Shown piece after piece: positions 41,331 to 55,654 of a stretch of DNA of 64,000 bases. Under the pieces are notes generated by a model, which saw only the letters and a program-made list of their open reading frames with translations, made no database searches and was not told the origin of the DNA. The stretch comes from Rhina ancylostomus (Eukaryota), in NCBI GenBank assembly GCA_030265395.1, contig JARFYF010000061.1, positions 14,495,032 to 14,559,031 of the forward strand. The letters are read 5' to 3'. The translations under genes were made by a program, and so were the position numbers. Every line of letters begins with the position of its first letter. Position 1 is the first letter of the stretch.

Positions 41331-44219
41331 CAATAAATAGGGCACACCAAAGGGACAGATTGACTATCTAAGGACTGCAGCCTTTTTAAGTACACCCTTT
41401 TTTTTTAATCATATCCCGTAACATTTCTGGCTTGGCTCTTTTTATCATTTCAACAATATTTGCATTATTTTTCTTTAAATGTGTACAGGGCATTGGCTTT
41501 TAGATAGGTTTTCAATTAAAATAGTAGTTAGAAAAAGTAGTTTAGGCTGAATGGCTTAGAACTGCATTTGCATGTTAGGAAGAGAATGTAACTACTGGGA
41601 TGTACAAGTAATAATTCCAAACTATTATACTACTTTTTAGACTCATTCAGGTAAACACTGTAGTATTAAAGTATGCATTTGGGAGGCTGCACTGAGCTTC
41701 AAGGATGCTAAATAGAGGGTTCAAGTTACCAAAAAGATCTTTTTACTTCAAATTCAGTGCTTGGTTTAGCACAAAGGAGCCAAGGCCAAGTACTCAAAGC
41801 TCTCTCCTTTGCGTGAACATGAATATGGTGAACTGAATATAATGATCCCAATGTCCTAAACAACAATTGGCAATCTATGGAGTGAAGTTTTAACAATTGA
41901 ATGATAAAGGATAGGGCTACAAGTATCCTATATGTCTTTCAAGTAGTCTGTGCTAAGGGAAATGTGCCCTTCAATATAAATTACCTGGAAAATTCTTCAA
42001 TTTCTTGCAAAGTAGATTAGATGTATCAATGTACTGAAGAAATTAAATAGGAAATTCATGAGAATTTCTTTGTCTATAGGGGAAAAAAAGTCAGTGTGTG
42101 TAACTTGCTATTATGTTGAATGGTTAAGGAAAGCTATAAGTGACATAATGGAAAACTAGATAAACATATGAAGTAAAGGCAAGAAGAATTCTGCTGTTGA
42201 AACCAAATATGGAAGGACTTGAGGATTGAGCGGAGTATAAAACCTTGCATGGACTAGTTGGGCTAAATGGTCATTTTCTGTGATGTATATTCCATATAAA
42301 TGATGATTAAAATATTACTTTCCACTGCACATTATGTACATTTTTTAATTTGGGAAAAGGAAAATCTAGTGGTAAGTGGTGATAACTAATATAGTGCTGC
42401 TAAGACTAATTCTGTGTATGTGACTATGGGTAAAGATCAAGTGATATGAATTGTCTTCTTGATTGGGAGTTAGTCATTTGGGGTTTAATTTTGGACTATG
42501 CTGTGCAGCCTAGTTTGTAACTGTTGATTGTAGGTTCAAGTTTAAATGCAGCATGTTTCTTGGATGGGGGTTCAAGTCACTATCCCTTTTGCCTAATGCA
42601 TGCATTAAGACAATGGCAAAAGGCAGCACCTGCCTAGTATTGTTAAAATGTAAAGAAGTCTATTTCAAAATTTTGTGTGCTCTTCCAACTTTTCAGTTTT
42701 CTCTCAAAATGTTACTTTTGAGAATCAATTTCCCCAAACTCTAACTTCAGACATTCTGGCATAAGTTCTGATGGCATTCTTCCAGATGAGCTTTCTCATC
42801 TGTTTTTTTTAAAGAAAGCCAATAACATTTTGTCTTTTTGTTAATTATTATTACCAGCCCAAGTTTTTTTGGCTTTGTGGGTTAAGGTATAAAATTAGCT
42901 ATAAAATGAAGGAAATGTACTGCAGGTCAATGGCAAGACTAGCAAAAAATAGGTTGGTTTTTCAGACACTCTTCCTTCAGAATAAATTAGATGCATGAAA
43001 GTCATAACTTAGCTGCCCTGTGTATTTATAATTTTTAAAAATCCTGCTAAATTTGCATAAAATTGTTGTTAAAGTAACACTAAACCTAACAAATCCTAAA
43101 ATTTTCTGATCAATCAGATACCTCTTTTTTTAAAAAAAAAATTTGCTTGTGCATCTGCTTCAGCTCTCAAATACAATGAAAAATACCCCGGAACTGGGAA
43201 TTTTAAGAATGGAATGTAAGCACAAAGTAGAACTATAGGATTTCATGCCAAAGCTCACATTCCCTTCTTCCCAATAAACCACTTTGATTTACTTAGTTTT
43301 TTTTATATAGTAACTACAGGTTTTAAGAAACTTTGTGGGATAATGATATTTAAGAATCATCTAGTCTTCAGCTGGTGACTAAATGTGAAATTTTGAGAGT
43401 AATCTGTGGAAGCACAGTCTTACTCCACAAGTGATGTCCATAAGTCAAACTGTCCATGTTTGCTTTTCTCTAACTTGGCTTTGTAGAAGGATCTTCCTAG
43501 AATTTCTTTTGTGTGGTGGGGGGTGGATTTATAGTTCTAAGAAGTGAACTTGACGGCATAATACTTTTTTTTATCAGAACTGCAGTATTAGACAAGCAAT
43601 AAATGAAAGTAAAACTTGCTATTTTTCAAATAGATTTCATAAAATGACTTGTATTTGGTTATAGTGTGGTCATTTCTGCCTTGATCTTGTACTTAGTCAT
43701 CTGTTTTCTTGGAATTGGTCTATTATTGTCACTTGTACCAAGGTACAATTTTAAAACAAAACTTGCATGCCGTTCTTGTGAACTGGGTTGTATTCAGATT
43801 GGTCAGGCTTACATTTGCTTGTCCTGAATATATGTGAACTTTTATGGAAAAGAGATAACATCAGTTGTCAGATCTGCTAATGAAGTATCTTATTGCAGTG
43901 GAATATTTTGCTACAGAAAACGGTTGTGGATGTTTATTTCTGAGTTATTTGCGGGTGCAGAGTTCTCAGTTAAATTCTAAATTGGACCCTGAATGTGTTT
44001 ATTTAAAAATAGTCTCTGCTATTTGTTATTTGCTGTACTTAATACCAAAAGCATATCACTGAAATATTTTTGACATCTAATTTTCTGTAAGGTAAGCATT
44101 CTGTGATGGTCTAGATTACCTGTTCACATTCACCCAACTTCTGAACTTCTGCTTTCACGTTTTCTACACTTTGGGTATTTTCTCTGTCTAATGTTTGCCT
44201 CTCCATTTGAGCTTTAGTA

Positions 44220-44455
44220 CAGTAAAACTCCAATAATCCACCATCCAACTGTTAGGAATTCCCAATCTTTTGGCATCTGACTCACCAGATGTTGATTTCC
44301 CTGCTCCCTTCCACTCACCGCAGCTTTGGTTCCCATGCTCCCTTTAAATTTAACAGGTTCACTGGAAATTTTATTCTATTATTTAACATTTTAAGTGAAT
44401 TAAAGGTGAGTTTAATCTGATGTCCCAAACTTGATGGATTAACGGAGTTTTACTG
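44220..44455. mobile_element. Tc1/mariner-superfamily (Tigger/pogo-like) MITE, 236 bp
   Basis: TIRs CAGTAAAACTCCAATAATCCA / TGGATTAACGGAGTTTTACTG (19/21 match), flanked by TA at 44218-44219 and 44456-44457. No ORF. Confidence 0.88.
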
Positions 44456-47025
44456 TAAGTGAAGAGATCACAGCTGAGCCTGATTTCAGTCCTCACTTGA
44501 GCAATTGGAAACTTTTTGTTTATCTTGGATTAGGCAGAAGTTAACTTATAGTTTAACTTTAGTTTTCAGTCCCTGCTGAGAGAAACTTACAGCAGTGTGG
44601 AAATCTATTCTGCAACTTCCTCAGCAACCTTATCAGATCATTGATTAAATGTACTCTTATAACCAAGATTTTTTTAATATATAGACTTCCTTGACTTAGA
44701 TTCTTTATCAAATGTCAATTGATCCATTTTATAATGACCGAAGATCACCACCATCATTATGGCACCAAAAATAAGCTATATAAATGCACCTAGTTAAATT
44801 TTCTGATTACATACTGTGAGTATATAAATATATACCTGAATGTAAAGTTTTCATTAAATGTTGGTAATGCACAGTTTTTCCATGTGGCTAATGTCTTTCC
44901 TAAACATTCCACGTACAAGGGTCCCTTTGTTTTCTCCAGACCTTTCCCTTCCTCTCCTGAAGGCAGCAATTTGTGCCAGGATTTGGTTCCACAAGCAGTG
45001 GCCCTCCAGTACTTCTGAAATGGCCATTCTTCATGTGTGAACCTGGATGGTGAGTGCTAATTCTGCTATTCACAGCCAAGCCCTGCCCTTTCTCACTTGA
45101 CATTCACTTGAAGCAGGAACTGCTGATCTGATGTGCTGAGTGTTTCCCAGAATTTTATTTTTGGTTTATTTCTGGCAATGCAATTTTTTTAAAACATTAT
45201 TTAAACCTTTTTGTGTATGGCTTGGCGCAACAGCCTACTGAGTAAAGATGTTCAACTACAATAGAGCAAAAGGCAAATCGCTCAATATTTGTGTAATGTA
45301 GTTCGGGGACATAGTTTAGGACTGGTGTAGGAATGCTCATTACCATAGACCACAAGTCTTGACTGGTTGCTTCTTCGTCTACATTTACCAAATGGAAATA
45401 TTAGAATTTTAGGTATTTTTTTCTGCAGTGCAGAAACCAGTGGGGATCAGGGAGTGATCCACTCACATCTCCACCTTGCAAACATCTAAGCAAGTTTGGA
45501 AGGGAGATGATACATGCAGGAAAATTTTGTTCTGGCCTAAGGATACAGAACATAGTTATATTTTCTGATTTTTGTTTTTTCTGTGTGCAGAAAGGTTTTG
45601 ATGGATAATAGTAATAGAAATACAATATTGAACTCCTGCAAATTCTCTTCTGTCTTGATAGATTCTTTTGCAAATATGGAGCAATTTAGTTATTTCATTT
45701 AATTAGTTGTAGGTAGTCCTCTCCAATCTTCCCAACAACCTTTTCTCCCCTGCCTCCCACCCCCACTCCCCATGAATCTCTCATGGGGCAACTGTGAGTT
45801 GAAGTTCTTATTTGTAACACCTTAAGTTTATTTTCTTCAGTTGGCTTTTTTTAGCAAGGAAAAAGTGTTGGCAGAATTGGTGAATAGAATGAAAAATGTA
45901 CTCATAAGACCATACCAGAAGTGGTGTTCATGCTTGCCACACAACTTCCTAAAACAGGAGGGATATTACTATCCTTTCTGGTGGCTTAGTATTTGGATGA
46001 AAGATATTGTAATTTTGTTTTTTCCTCCGGTACTTCCCACAGCCCCAAGATATTATGTTGTGTGCTGTTAAAAGACAAAATATTGCTGCATTATGTTTTT
46101 TAACTAGTCATCTGATGTGCAGCAGCATAATTGTGCAATCTGAAGTGAATTTGAAGAGTGAAAATGTATCTTGTGAATTTAATGTTGTGGGGAATAACAC
46201 ATCAGTTGGAATAATGCTGATGTTGCATGGCAAAGCACATTTAATTTTGATGGCTTGAAATGAAAAATTGCATGATGGTCTTATTTAAAATTGCAGCCAG
46301 CATGAGCAGTATGGTCTTCGAGTGTTCATGAAGCTGATTTAGAATATTTATTTCAAAGAGCTAATGGCAATTTTCTTCTAATAGAAAATAAACATTTCAT
46401 ATTTTAAAAATCAGCGCAAGAAATAATTGTGCTATATTGTATTTCTTCTACTTTGACATGTGTGCTTCTGAAGTTTGAGAATTATTTCAGAACCAAATTA
46501 TAAGCATGTTTTAGTGACATGAGAATAGTCCACAGAATTTGTTTCACTAATTATAGAAGTTTAATAAATTAATCTCTGGAAGATTGGGAGGAAAATGAAT
46601 TTCTTTAGCATAAGCAATGTGCGAGCATTACAGCCATATTTCTAGCATTAGTAGGGACAGCTTGTGATTGTCAGAGTGGTTCTAGAACAGAGGTTTGTAT
46701 TCAATAAGGTGATGTGAAAATAAATTTCTTGATGGCAATTGGCATTTATTTATGTCTTAGACCATTAAGTTAAGCATATTACACAGCAAGTGAATTAGGT
46801 TCACGTAGCTCCTGAACAGATTCAGTTTTCTGTAAGTGGTATCCAAAATTTAGAAATGGCAGTTCTAGATTGCTGCATAGAATGTGTCATGTATAGTATC
46901 TTATAGGAAAGGTTTGTACTCATCTGTAAATCAGCCAATTTCAGTGCTGTATGCATGGGTTATTGTATTCCACTTTGTTTATAAGTAACTTAGTATGCAA
47001 AAAAAAATACATCTTATTTTTCTAG

Positions 47026-47181
<156 letters not shown>

Positions 47182-47394
47182 TGAAGATAATGNNNNNNNN
47201 NNNNNNNNNNNNNNNNNNNNNNNNNNNNNNNNNNNNNNNNNNNNNCCATTAAACTTCTGTTTTGAACTAAGCAGTTAATTTGTTTATAAAACATGTTTCA
47301 TTGAAACACTGATACTCATCCTAAATGAATAAGTGAGCAGTATAGCACTTCACTTGTAGAGCCAGGCACTTCATGCTGTTAATGGAATGATTAA

Positions 47395-47709
<315 letters not shown>

Positions 47710-48001
47710 TAAAATTTGTTTATTCAGACATATTTTAATTTAGTCTTAGTTTGTACATTGAAGAAAAATATAAGGATGTAACCATTAGTCTTCTGGTTAA
47801 AATAATCTAGAAACCTAGCACTTAAATCCCCAACTGCTAATTTAATTTTGGCTCAGCTACAAGGAAGAAATTGAAGGGTAAATTCAGGCTCGTGCATTGC
47901 AGCTCCTTGTTATTAGAGATGTTGCAGGAGCTTGGGGATAGATTGTGTTAGGAATTAATATTGCAGATATCTGTACATTAATACAGCAGGTGTACTTATA
48001 G

Positions 48002-48322
<321 letters not shown>

Positions 48323-49555
48323 TGAAACTTAATTCAATAGTTAAACCAGGAGTTTCTTCTGGGTGTGACTGTAATACATGATGGCAGAATTCTTATTTTA
48401 AAGATTTGTTCCTTCACGGGAATGAAACAAGTTTGATCTTCATGCAAGATTGCAAAGTACTTTTAACCCTTTCTTTGACTGTATAGTCAACTTTCCTTAT
48501 ATGGCAAAATTATTTGCATGTATATTCCCTTTTGACAGAGGATCATGAGTCATTGAAGTTTGCACTAATTAACTGAAGCTTTTGTCCTTTCTGCTAATGG
48601 TGACCACCAATTTTTATTATTGAGGCATTATGGTGGACCGATCCAAGGAAAATTTTTTGTAGATAATCTTTGTTTTAGTTAAGAAAACTATTGAGCGGGT
48701 AAAGCTGGGTGGTTGAACAGTTTTAGTATTCAAAGTGGAATATACTATCATAAATTAGATTAAATTATATGACTACACTGTAACTTGGATCTCTAGGATC
48801 TGTACAAGCTCAGCTGACAAGGTGATGTAGCTAAGTGTTTAATAGAGGCTTTCCCTTGATTTTTTGTGATCATTGGTTAAGTATATTTGTGGAATCTAGT
48901 TTCAGTGAAAACTAGGTTTATATTATATTAAGGTTCTGTAAAGGTCCTCATTCAGTGAGCTAACGCTATTTCTGTGACATGTCATCCTGTCTCGAGGAAA
49001 GTGTAAAGTATGAGGTATTAAAATTGATTAATGTTAATTTCTGGATGGTTATATTCATATTTCCTTACAACATCACATTGAGTCCATTGCTAGATTTTGG
49101 ATCAATCACCCACTTATTTCCTTGTAATCTATTCTCTGTAGTGCCTATCAACTCCCCCAAATTCTTTCCAGCCCCTCATCCTCCCCATTCACCCTGACTC
49201 TCCTACCATTCATCTACACTAGGGGTAATTTGCAGTAGCCAACCAGCATGTCTTTGGGATGTATGTGCTCAACTGAGCTGAAATTTCTACTTTTAAATTA
49301 CCCAAATAAGGACACTTTTTAAAAAAAACATATTGATAGTTGAAACCAAAGACACAATTTTCCATCTAAATGTTCAACCTTGTGTTTTTAATGGATTTTA
49401 TATATATATCTGTGGAACATGTGCTACAATTACAATATAAGCTGTTGCATTTCAGCAAGATGATGCTTCTGACTTGGAATCATTCAAGATGCTGAATTTC
49501 TAAGTTTGCTCATCCATCCTGTGTCTAAGCCCATTGCTTGAATTGTTCATTTCAG

Positions 49556-50687
49556 ATACCATGAGAGTGAATTGTCAGACCATGATTGGCCTTTGCACAG
49601 TAACTTTGAGGCAGATGACGTTCAACGTGATCCACGAGCAGTGTCTGACATGACTGAAGAGGAGGAGGTGCAAGTGGACCCTCGCAAGTATTTAGATGGA
49701 GACCGTGAAAAGTATTTGGAGGATCCTGCTTTTGACTTGAACTTTTCCACTGAGCACTCGTGGCCACATCCAGATCACCATGAAAACAAATATTGTGATC
49801 TGCAGTGTGGTCACACTTGTAACTATAAAATGGGGTCACCATCCTACTTGGATAACTTGATGTGGAGGGAGAGTGAAGTGAACCATTATTATGAGCCCAA
49901 ACTTATTATGGACCTATCTAACTGGAAAGAGCAGAGCAGAGAGAAACCAGATAAAAAAGGAAAGTCAAAGTGTGAAAAGAATGGACTGGTGAAAGCACAG
50001 CTAGCCCTGGTGGAGGCATCCCAGCAGATTGTTGAAAAGGACAAAGAGAAGATTCGAGAGTTTGACTTTGATTCTTTCATGGCTAGCACTATCAAACTGG
50101 GTTTACAGCCAGAATCTCCTGATGTAGACAAGCTGAATGACTTGAACAATTCAGTGTCCCAGTTGGATCTAAAAAGTTCAATGTCAAATTGCAAGTCTGT
50201 TAGTCAGGAGAAGGAGGAGAAGGGGATGGCCAATTTGGCTCAGCTGGGGTGTTGGAGCCAGAATCCATGGGAATGTCAGTTTGCAATTGATGGAAATGGT
50301 GGGTGGGATGAAAGCCTTCTAATTCAGGATGAAGAAGTTTGTTGGGATAGCAGGAAAGATGAACAGCTGGAAAAAACTACATTTACTAGTTACTTAGACA
50401 AATTATTCAACAAAAAAGACGATGTAGAAATAGCAGAATCTGAGCCAGCAAGTGACAGGAAACTGGAGGACAGGGTTAGTGAAGAGAGTGTGAAAGAGGT
50501 GAGCAGAAATGGGGAAATCCCATTTAGCAAGCAGTTGGAGTCTATTGGTATTCCCCAATTTGACAATCCTGTCAGTTCACCGCTAAAAACTAGAGCAATT
50601 CAGACCACTTTAGCACCTGCGGCTGCAAAACCGTCTCCTCAGATTCCTCATAAGACCTATAGTAGCATCTTGAAACATTTGAACTGA
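49556..50687 (+). CDS. MAPK6: MAPK6/ERK3 last coding exon (C34 region and C-terminal tail)
   Basis: tttcag| acceptor. Encodes (R)YHESELSDHDWP...VQVDPRKYLDGDREKYLEDPAF...YYEPKLIMDLSNWKEQ...TYSSILKHLN* (TGA). The long tail ending ILKHLN identifies ERK3 rather than ERK4. Spliced CDS is 2199 nt and in frame. Confidence 0.98.
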
Positions 50688-52050
50688 ATAGAACACTCGG
50701 CAGACATTTGTTTTGTATACTTCACTATGTGCATTTGTCTTGTTTTCTGAAGTCTGGAATCTTTTTATTTTTGTAATTTTTCTTTTTGTGCTTTTGGTTT
50801 GAATAGTTTATCATTTTTATTTTATAAGTCAAATTATTTTGACATCACATTTTAATTTTTTGTAAACCTGTATGTCATTTGCACAGTTTAAAATAATGTA
50901 CATTGCAAAAAAACAGTGACTAACACAGAAAATTGTGACTGAAATAGTGGTGAGAAAATGCACTAAGCCATGTGGGTACATTTTATTGGTGAAACAGAAA
51001 AGCCACCAAGCACAGTCTACTTGTTTTACAAATGGAATGGCTTCCATTTTGGCAAACACGGTTAAAATAGACATGCATGAGATTTTCAAAAGTTTCATTT
51101 GAAAATTAAAAGTCCAAGCAGTAAATTGCATTTGTTTTCCCCAGCAATATATTATAAGATACTTTCTGATAGCTTAAATGTTTCTTAAACATGTGATGCC
51201 AGGAAAACCAGCAATGAATGCAGAATATGGTACGCATGTGTTATCTACCTCAAGGTAACGGCAATGAGTGGCTTACCTTGAGCCACATACAGTGCTTCAC
51301 AGCATGCACGTGAACTTAGCCAGCAGTTATTCTGTTTGAAAAGCTGTCAGTACTTGTAACTTTCTGGTATGCATTTTCCATAGTAAAGTGTTCAGATACT
51401 TTATTTATTTTAGCAGATGTAAGATTTCTTCTGTATTTATTTTAATTTTATAGTTTCATTGTGGCTTTAAAATGAATTTTGAGGCATTTTGAAGCTAATT
51501 TTGTGTTTAGCACTATGGTTAATTGTGTAAAATGAAAATCTCCTTAACCTGATGCTTTCTCAGTTTTCCTATCTATAGAATTGGCTTGTTTTGGAAAGAG
51601 CATTCACTACGTATATAGGAATTGGAATATTTTAGTGGTGCTTGATGACAAGTAACAATTTAGAAACCATTTCAAAACTGATTTTTGGAAATGCACCAAT
51701 AAGTCTTAAATCCTGTATTTAATTTGTTAAGACCTAAAAGGCTAGAATTCTCTGCATGGAAATAACTGAGTTGCAACCATTACTGTAAAAGTTAAAACTA
51801 GAGACTACAGTAAGATGAATGTTGAATTTTCATCTTTATTTTTATTGTACATTTTTATTAAATTTGTTACTTCTCAAGCCAGCATGGTTTCCATAGGTTC
51901 AGAATATAGCATGTAGAATTATTTCTGAAAGTTTATTTGCATTTACCAATTTAGATACCAAGTTTCTGTATTACTGGTTCTTGCCCGTTCCCTTCCTCCC
52001 CTGCCCAAAAAAATCCAAAATTGGAACAAATAAAAATGACCAGAACCTGA
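50688..52050 (+). other. MAPK6: MAPK6 3'UTR (AU-rich) with candidate poly(A) signals
   Basis: Repeat-free, U-rich sequence after the stop. ATTAAA at ~51857 and AATAAA at 52029-52034. Contains 8mer miRNA seed matches. Confidence 0.7.
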
Positions 52051-54524
52051 ATACTTGTGACTTGCTGTCTTACCTGAAGTTCATTAAGCTATCTGCCAAA
52101 AAACTAAGTCCAAGGAAAATATTTTGAGTTGAGTTNNNNNNNNNNNNNNNNNNNNNNNNNNNNNNNNNNNNNNNNNNNNNNNNNNNNNNNNNNNNNNNNN
52201 NNNNNNNNNNNNNNNNNNNNNNNNNNNNNNNNNNNAATTTAAGTGGACAAATGATTGCACTGGTGAGTAACAATGATCAACTGGAAGACTCTTGTTCTTG
52301 GGTATAGAGATTCCTCTGGTGTTATCCTGTGAAAAGGCTCAGCATGAATGTAATTAACAAAACTGCACTGATATATGTGGTTTAACATTCAGTGAATAGC
52401 CATTTAAGTTCAATTTGCAGTTCTGCTCAAATTATTTGATAAGAGAATGCTATGCAAAATAAACCTTGACAAAAGGTCTCATTACACCAATTTGTACATT
52501 GTGCTGCCACAAAATTGTGGGTGAATTTGTCTCCTTTTGTTGGAGTGCCCCTTTGATTATTTGGCATTACCGTTCATGATTTAAAGTTGCTTTTGGGTTG
52601 TGTGTTGGCCCTATTTTAACTTGATGAATTTTATAACTTTTCAATTCTGCATCTTTTAACAAAGATGTAACTTTGTATTCAGGGCACAACATTTAAATTC
52701 TACAAATGACCCAATCCACTTTCCTCTGAGAATGAGTGTACTGAACATTGTGCACTAGATATTCTGAGGTGGGACAGCCAGCTGACTGAACACAATTAAC
52801 AGCAACCCTGGGTTGACATACTGCAGACCTTGCATTGCAAACATGTTCCACTTGAATTTGCTCAGAGATGGATGCAGCCATCCATGTTTCATACTGGTGC
52901 AAAACTTAATTAGAAACACAGCTGTTGAATGGGGTACAGGGTCTTCATTTATTCATGTGGGGATGAAAGCATTCCTGAAAAAGAGTGGCCACAAGAGTGA
53001 CATCATACGAGTGGAGGGATGCCAATTCCTGATTTTTGTATCCTGCCTTGGTGAAGGGAAAGTAATCTGTTGAACAATGTACATCATAACATTATTGGTG
53101 TAAGCATGTGTACTGCTTGCAATAATCTCAACTTCTGACAGTGGTATCATAAAATTGGCCACCTTAAAGACTTAGTTGGAAGCTGATGTATTTTCTTGTC
53201 ATGAAGATTGTGAATTAGAATATCCCTTTTAAAATATGAACACTGCGGATAGAATGGCCATGATGGTATTGGGGATGAATAGGAGGATATGGGGAAAACT
53301 TATTGTGATTCTCCTGCTTTTGGATAAGGGCAGCGGCCAATTTAGAACAATAAGTGCCAACTACCGACTTAATAGTAAAGTCATCCTGCTAATATCAGAG
53401 ATGTTGGTCTGTGATGCAGAATATAGATGGGAGTGTAATTAATTGTTTGAACTTACCTTCCCATTATAAGAGGGAGGCTACTTTATGACACCAGCTATGT
53501 TCTTGTATAGCAGCACCATGTAAGCAGTCCTCATTTCACACAATCACATCATCACAATCAACAAAGTATTAAGTGAATTCTGCTCTCATGGCCAATTTGC
53601 CTGGGCCCTTGGCAATGCTGGCTTTCTGGAGCATATGTTCTTAAAACACTTGAACCCTTTGTGATTTACAACAGAACAAGATTGCAGATGATGGGATTGC
53701 AATTGGTGAATGACAGGAGCGCTGTCACGTGAGGAAGGCCAGGAGGAGAGCTCTTGGATGAGGAGCTCGGGGTTCTGTCTTTTTAAAAGAAAATTTTTGC
53801 AAGGATTCCAGTATTGGACAATGTACTGGGCAATGTGCTGCCTATGGCTTAGCAAATGGAGTAGATCCACAGGCAACATATTGTAAATGCAGATATAATC
53901 AGTTGTCACACAGTGAGTGCCACTGTTTACTGGTATTGCAATAAGACATTCTGCTAAATCCCTTCAATGTCTACGTACTTAACAGGAAGTGGCAGGTCAG
54001 GTGGAACGTTAAGCACTGGGGTGCAGCCAGCACTTGGGGAATTCCCCCCAATTTATCACAATCTCCTATAACTTGAGCATTCCAAAGTACTCGAGTCATA
54101 GTTCACTGAGGCAAAACAAATAGATGAGAAGCTTATGCATGGAACATAGGATNNNNNNNNNNTTTTAAAGAAAATTAATAAAATAACATGGAAAAGTTAA
54201 AAAGGCTGAATTGGATGGGGTGAGAAATGTCTTTGATGACATACCTCTGATAGGTTAAGGATGTGTTGGGTATTAATAGTAAGTAGGCAGATTTAGTAAA
54301 AGGTAATTCTAAATCAAAATACTGTAGGGATTCTTTTGCAGTATTCTACTGCAAATTACACCAAGTCATTGGGTGTAGTTAAGGCAAAGATTGATAGATT
54401 CGTGATTGTTAAGGGGAGAAAGTGGGAGAATGGGGTTGCAGAAAAGAAATCAGCCAGGATTGAATGGTGGAGCAGACTCGACGGGCTGAATGGCCTAATT
54501 CTCCCATATCTTACGGTCTTGTAC

Positions 54525-55330
54525 TGGAAATCTGAAAAAAAATTGAAAATGCTGGAAATACTCAGTTGATCAGGCAGCATCTGCTTACAGTGAAACAGGT
54601 TTTAATTTTCACAGAAACATATAGGTTGATGAGAACGGGGGGGGGGGGGTAGGTTACAGAATAGAGATCAGGCAAGATTGATAGAAGTGCTGATGGTGCT
54701 GGATGAAAGTCAAATGTATGTCAGGAGGAGCTATAAGGAGTTAACAGGAAATTTGGAATACCAGGAAAAAGAGAGAAAACAAATTGTGGATATGTAAGAT
54801 ACTGATTTTGTTGTTGAGTGCTGAATATGCCAAGGCAGATAAGGAACTGTACCTCAAGCTTACGTTGAACTTTGTTGTTATGGCATAATAGACCAAAGAT
54901 AGGGTTCAAAGTAGGACTGGATGGTGAGTTAAAGCTACAGGCAACTCAAAGCTCAGGGTCACCCTTGCGGACTGAACAGAGGTGTTCTGCAATGCTGTCA
55001 CCCAATCTGTGTTTGGTTTCCCCAATATAGAGGAGACCATAGTAGTGAGCATTGAATGTAGTACAGTAAATTGGAAGAACAAGTAAATTGCTACTTCACC
55101 TGGAAGGAATGCTTGATAGGAAAGGAGGGGATAAAAGGACAGGTGTTGCGTCTTTTGCTGTGTGAAAGGGTGATATGAGAAGGGGGTTGAGTATCGGTGA
55201 TGATGGAAGAGAGAATCCGAGTGTTACAGAAGGAAAAGAAGAGGGGAAGGGAAGATGTGCCTGGTAGGTGATGTCAAAAATAACAGTTGAATGTTGAGGC
55301 TGGTGCAGTGGAAGGTGAAGACAAAGGGAG
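54525..55330 (-). mobile_element. Penelope-like element remnant (GIY-YIG endonuclease + terminal repeat)
   Basis: Minus strand of 54960-55110 reads FQVK*QFTCSSNLLYYIQCS../.LYIGET..RLGD, the PLE GIY-YIG signature. Terminal atgctggaaatactcag...caggcagcatct motif at ~54550. Confidence 0.8.
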
Positions 55331-55654
55331 GCTGGTGGGGTGAGGAAAGGGGGATCCTATCATTTTTTCTGAGTGGAAGGAGAGGGGATGAGAGCAGAAG
55401 TGGTAGTGAATAGAGCTGTCATGTCAAATTGTAGTTAGCAATAACACCACCTTCAGGTGTTAGTGATGACAACTGTGGTCTCCAGGACTTCCTTGAGGAG
55501 GTTTCAGCTTAAAGTTTTAGAACATACAACACAGCACTATGATGACTAAAGCAAATATACTCCAGATTTTAAACTGCCGTCAATGTGCCTTTTGGGTGGT
55601 TGATGGTGAGAATGTGTTTTTTTTGCACTGACAGATGTTTATATCTTTCCTGAC

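Noticed and set aside
54637-54649. G13 homopolymer (possible G-quadruplex)
   Set aside because: Lies inside a repeat remnant, and homopolymer length is unreliable in a draft assembly.
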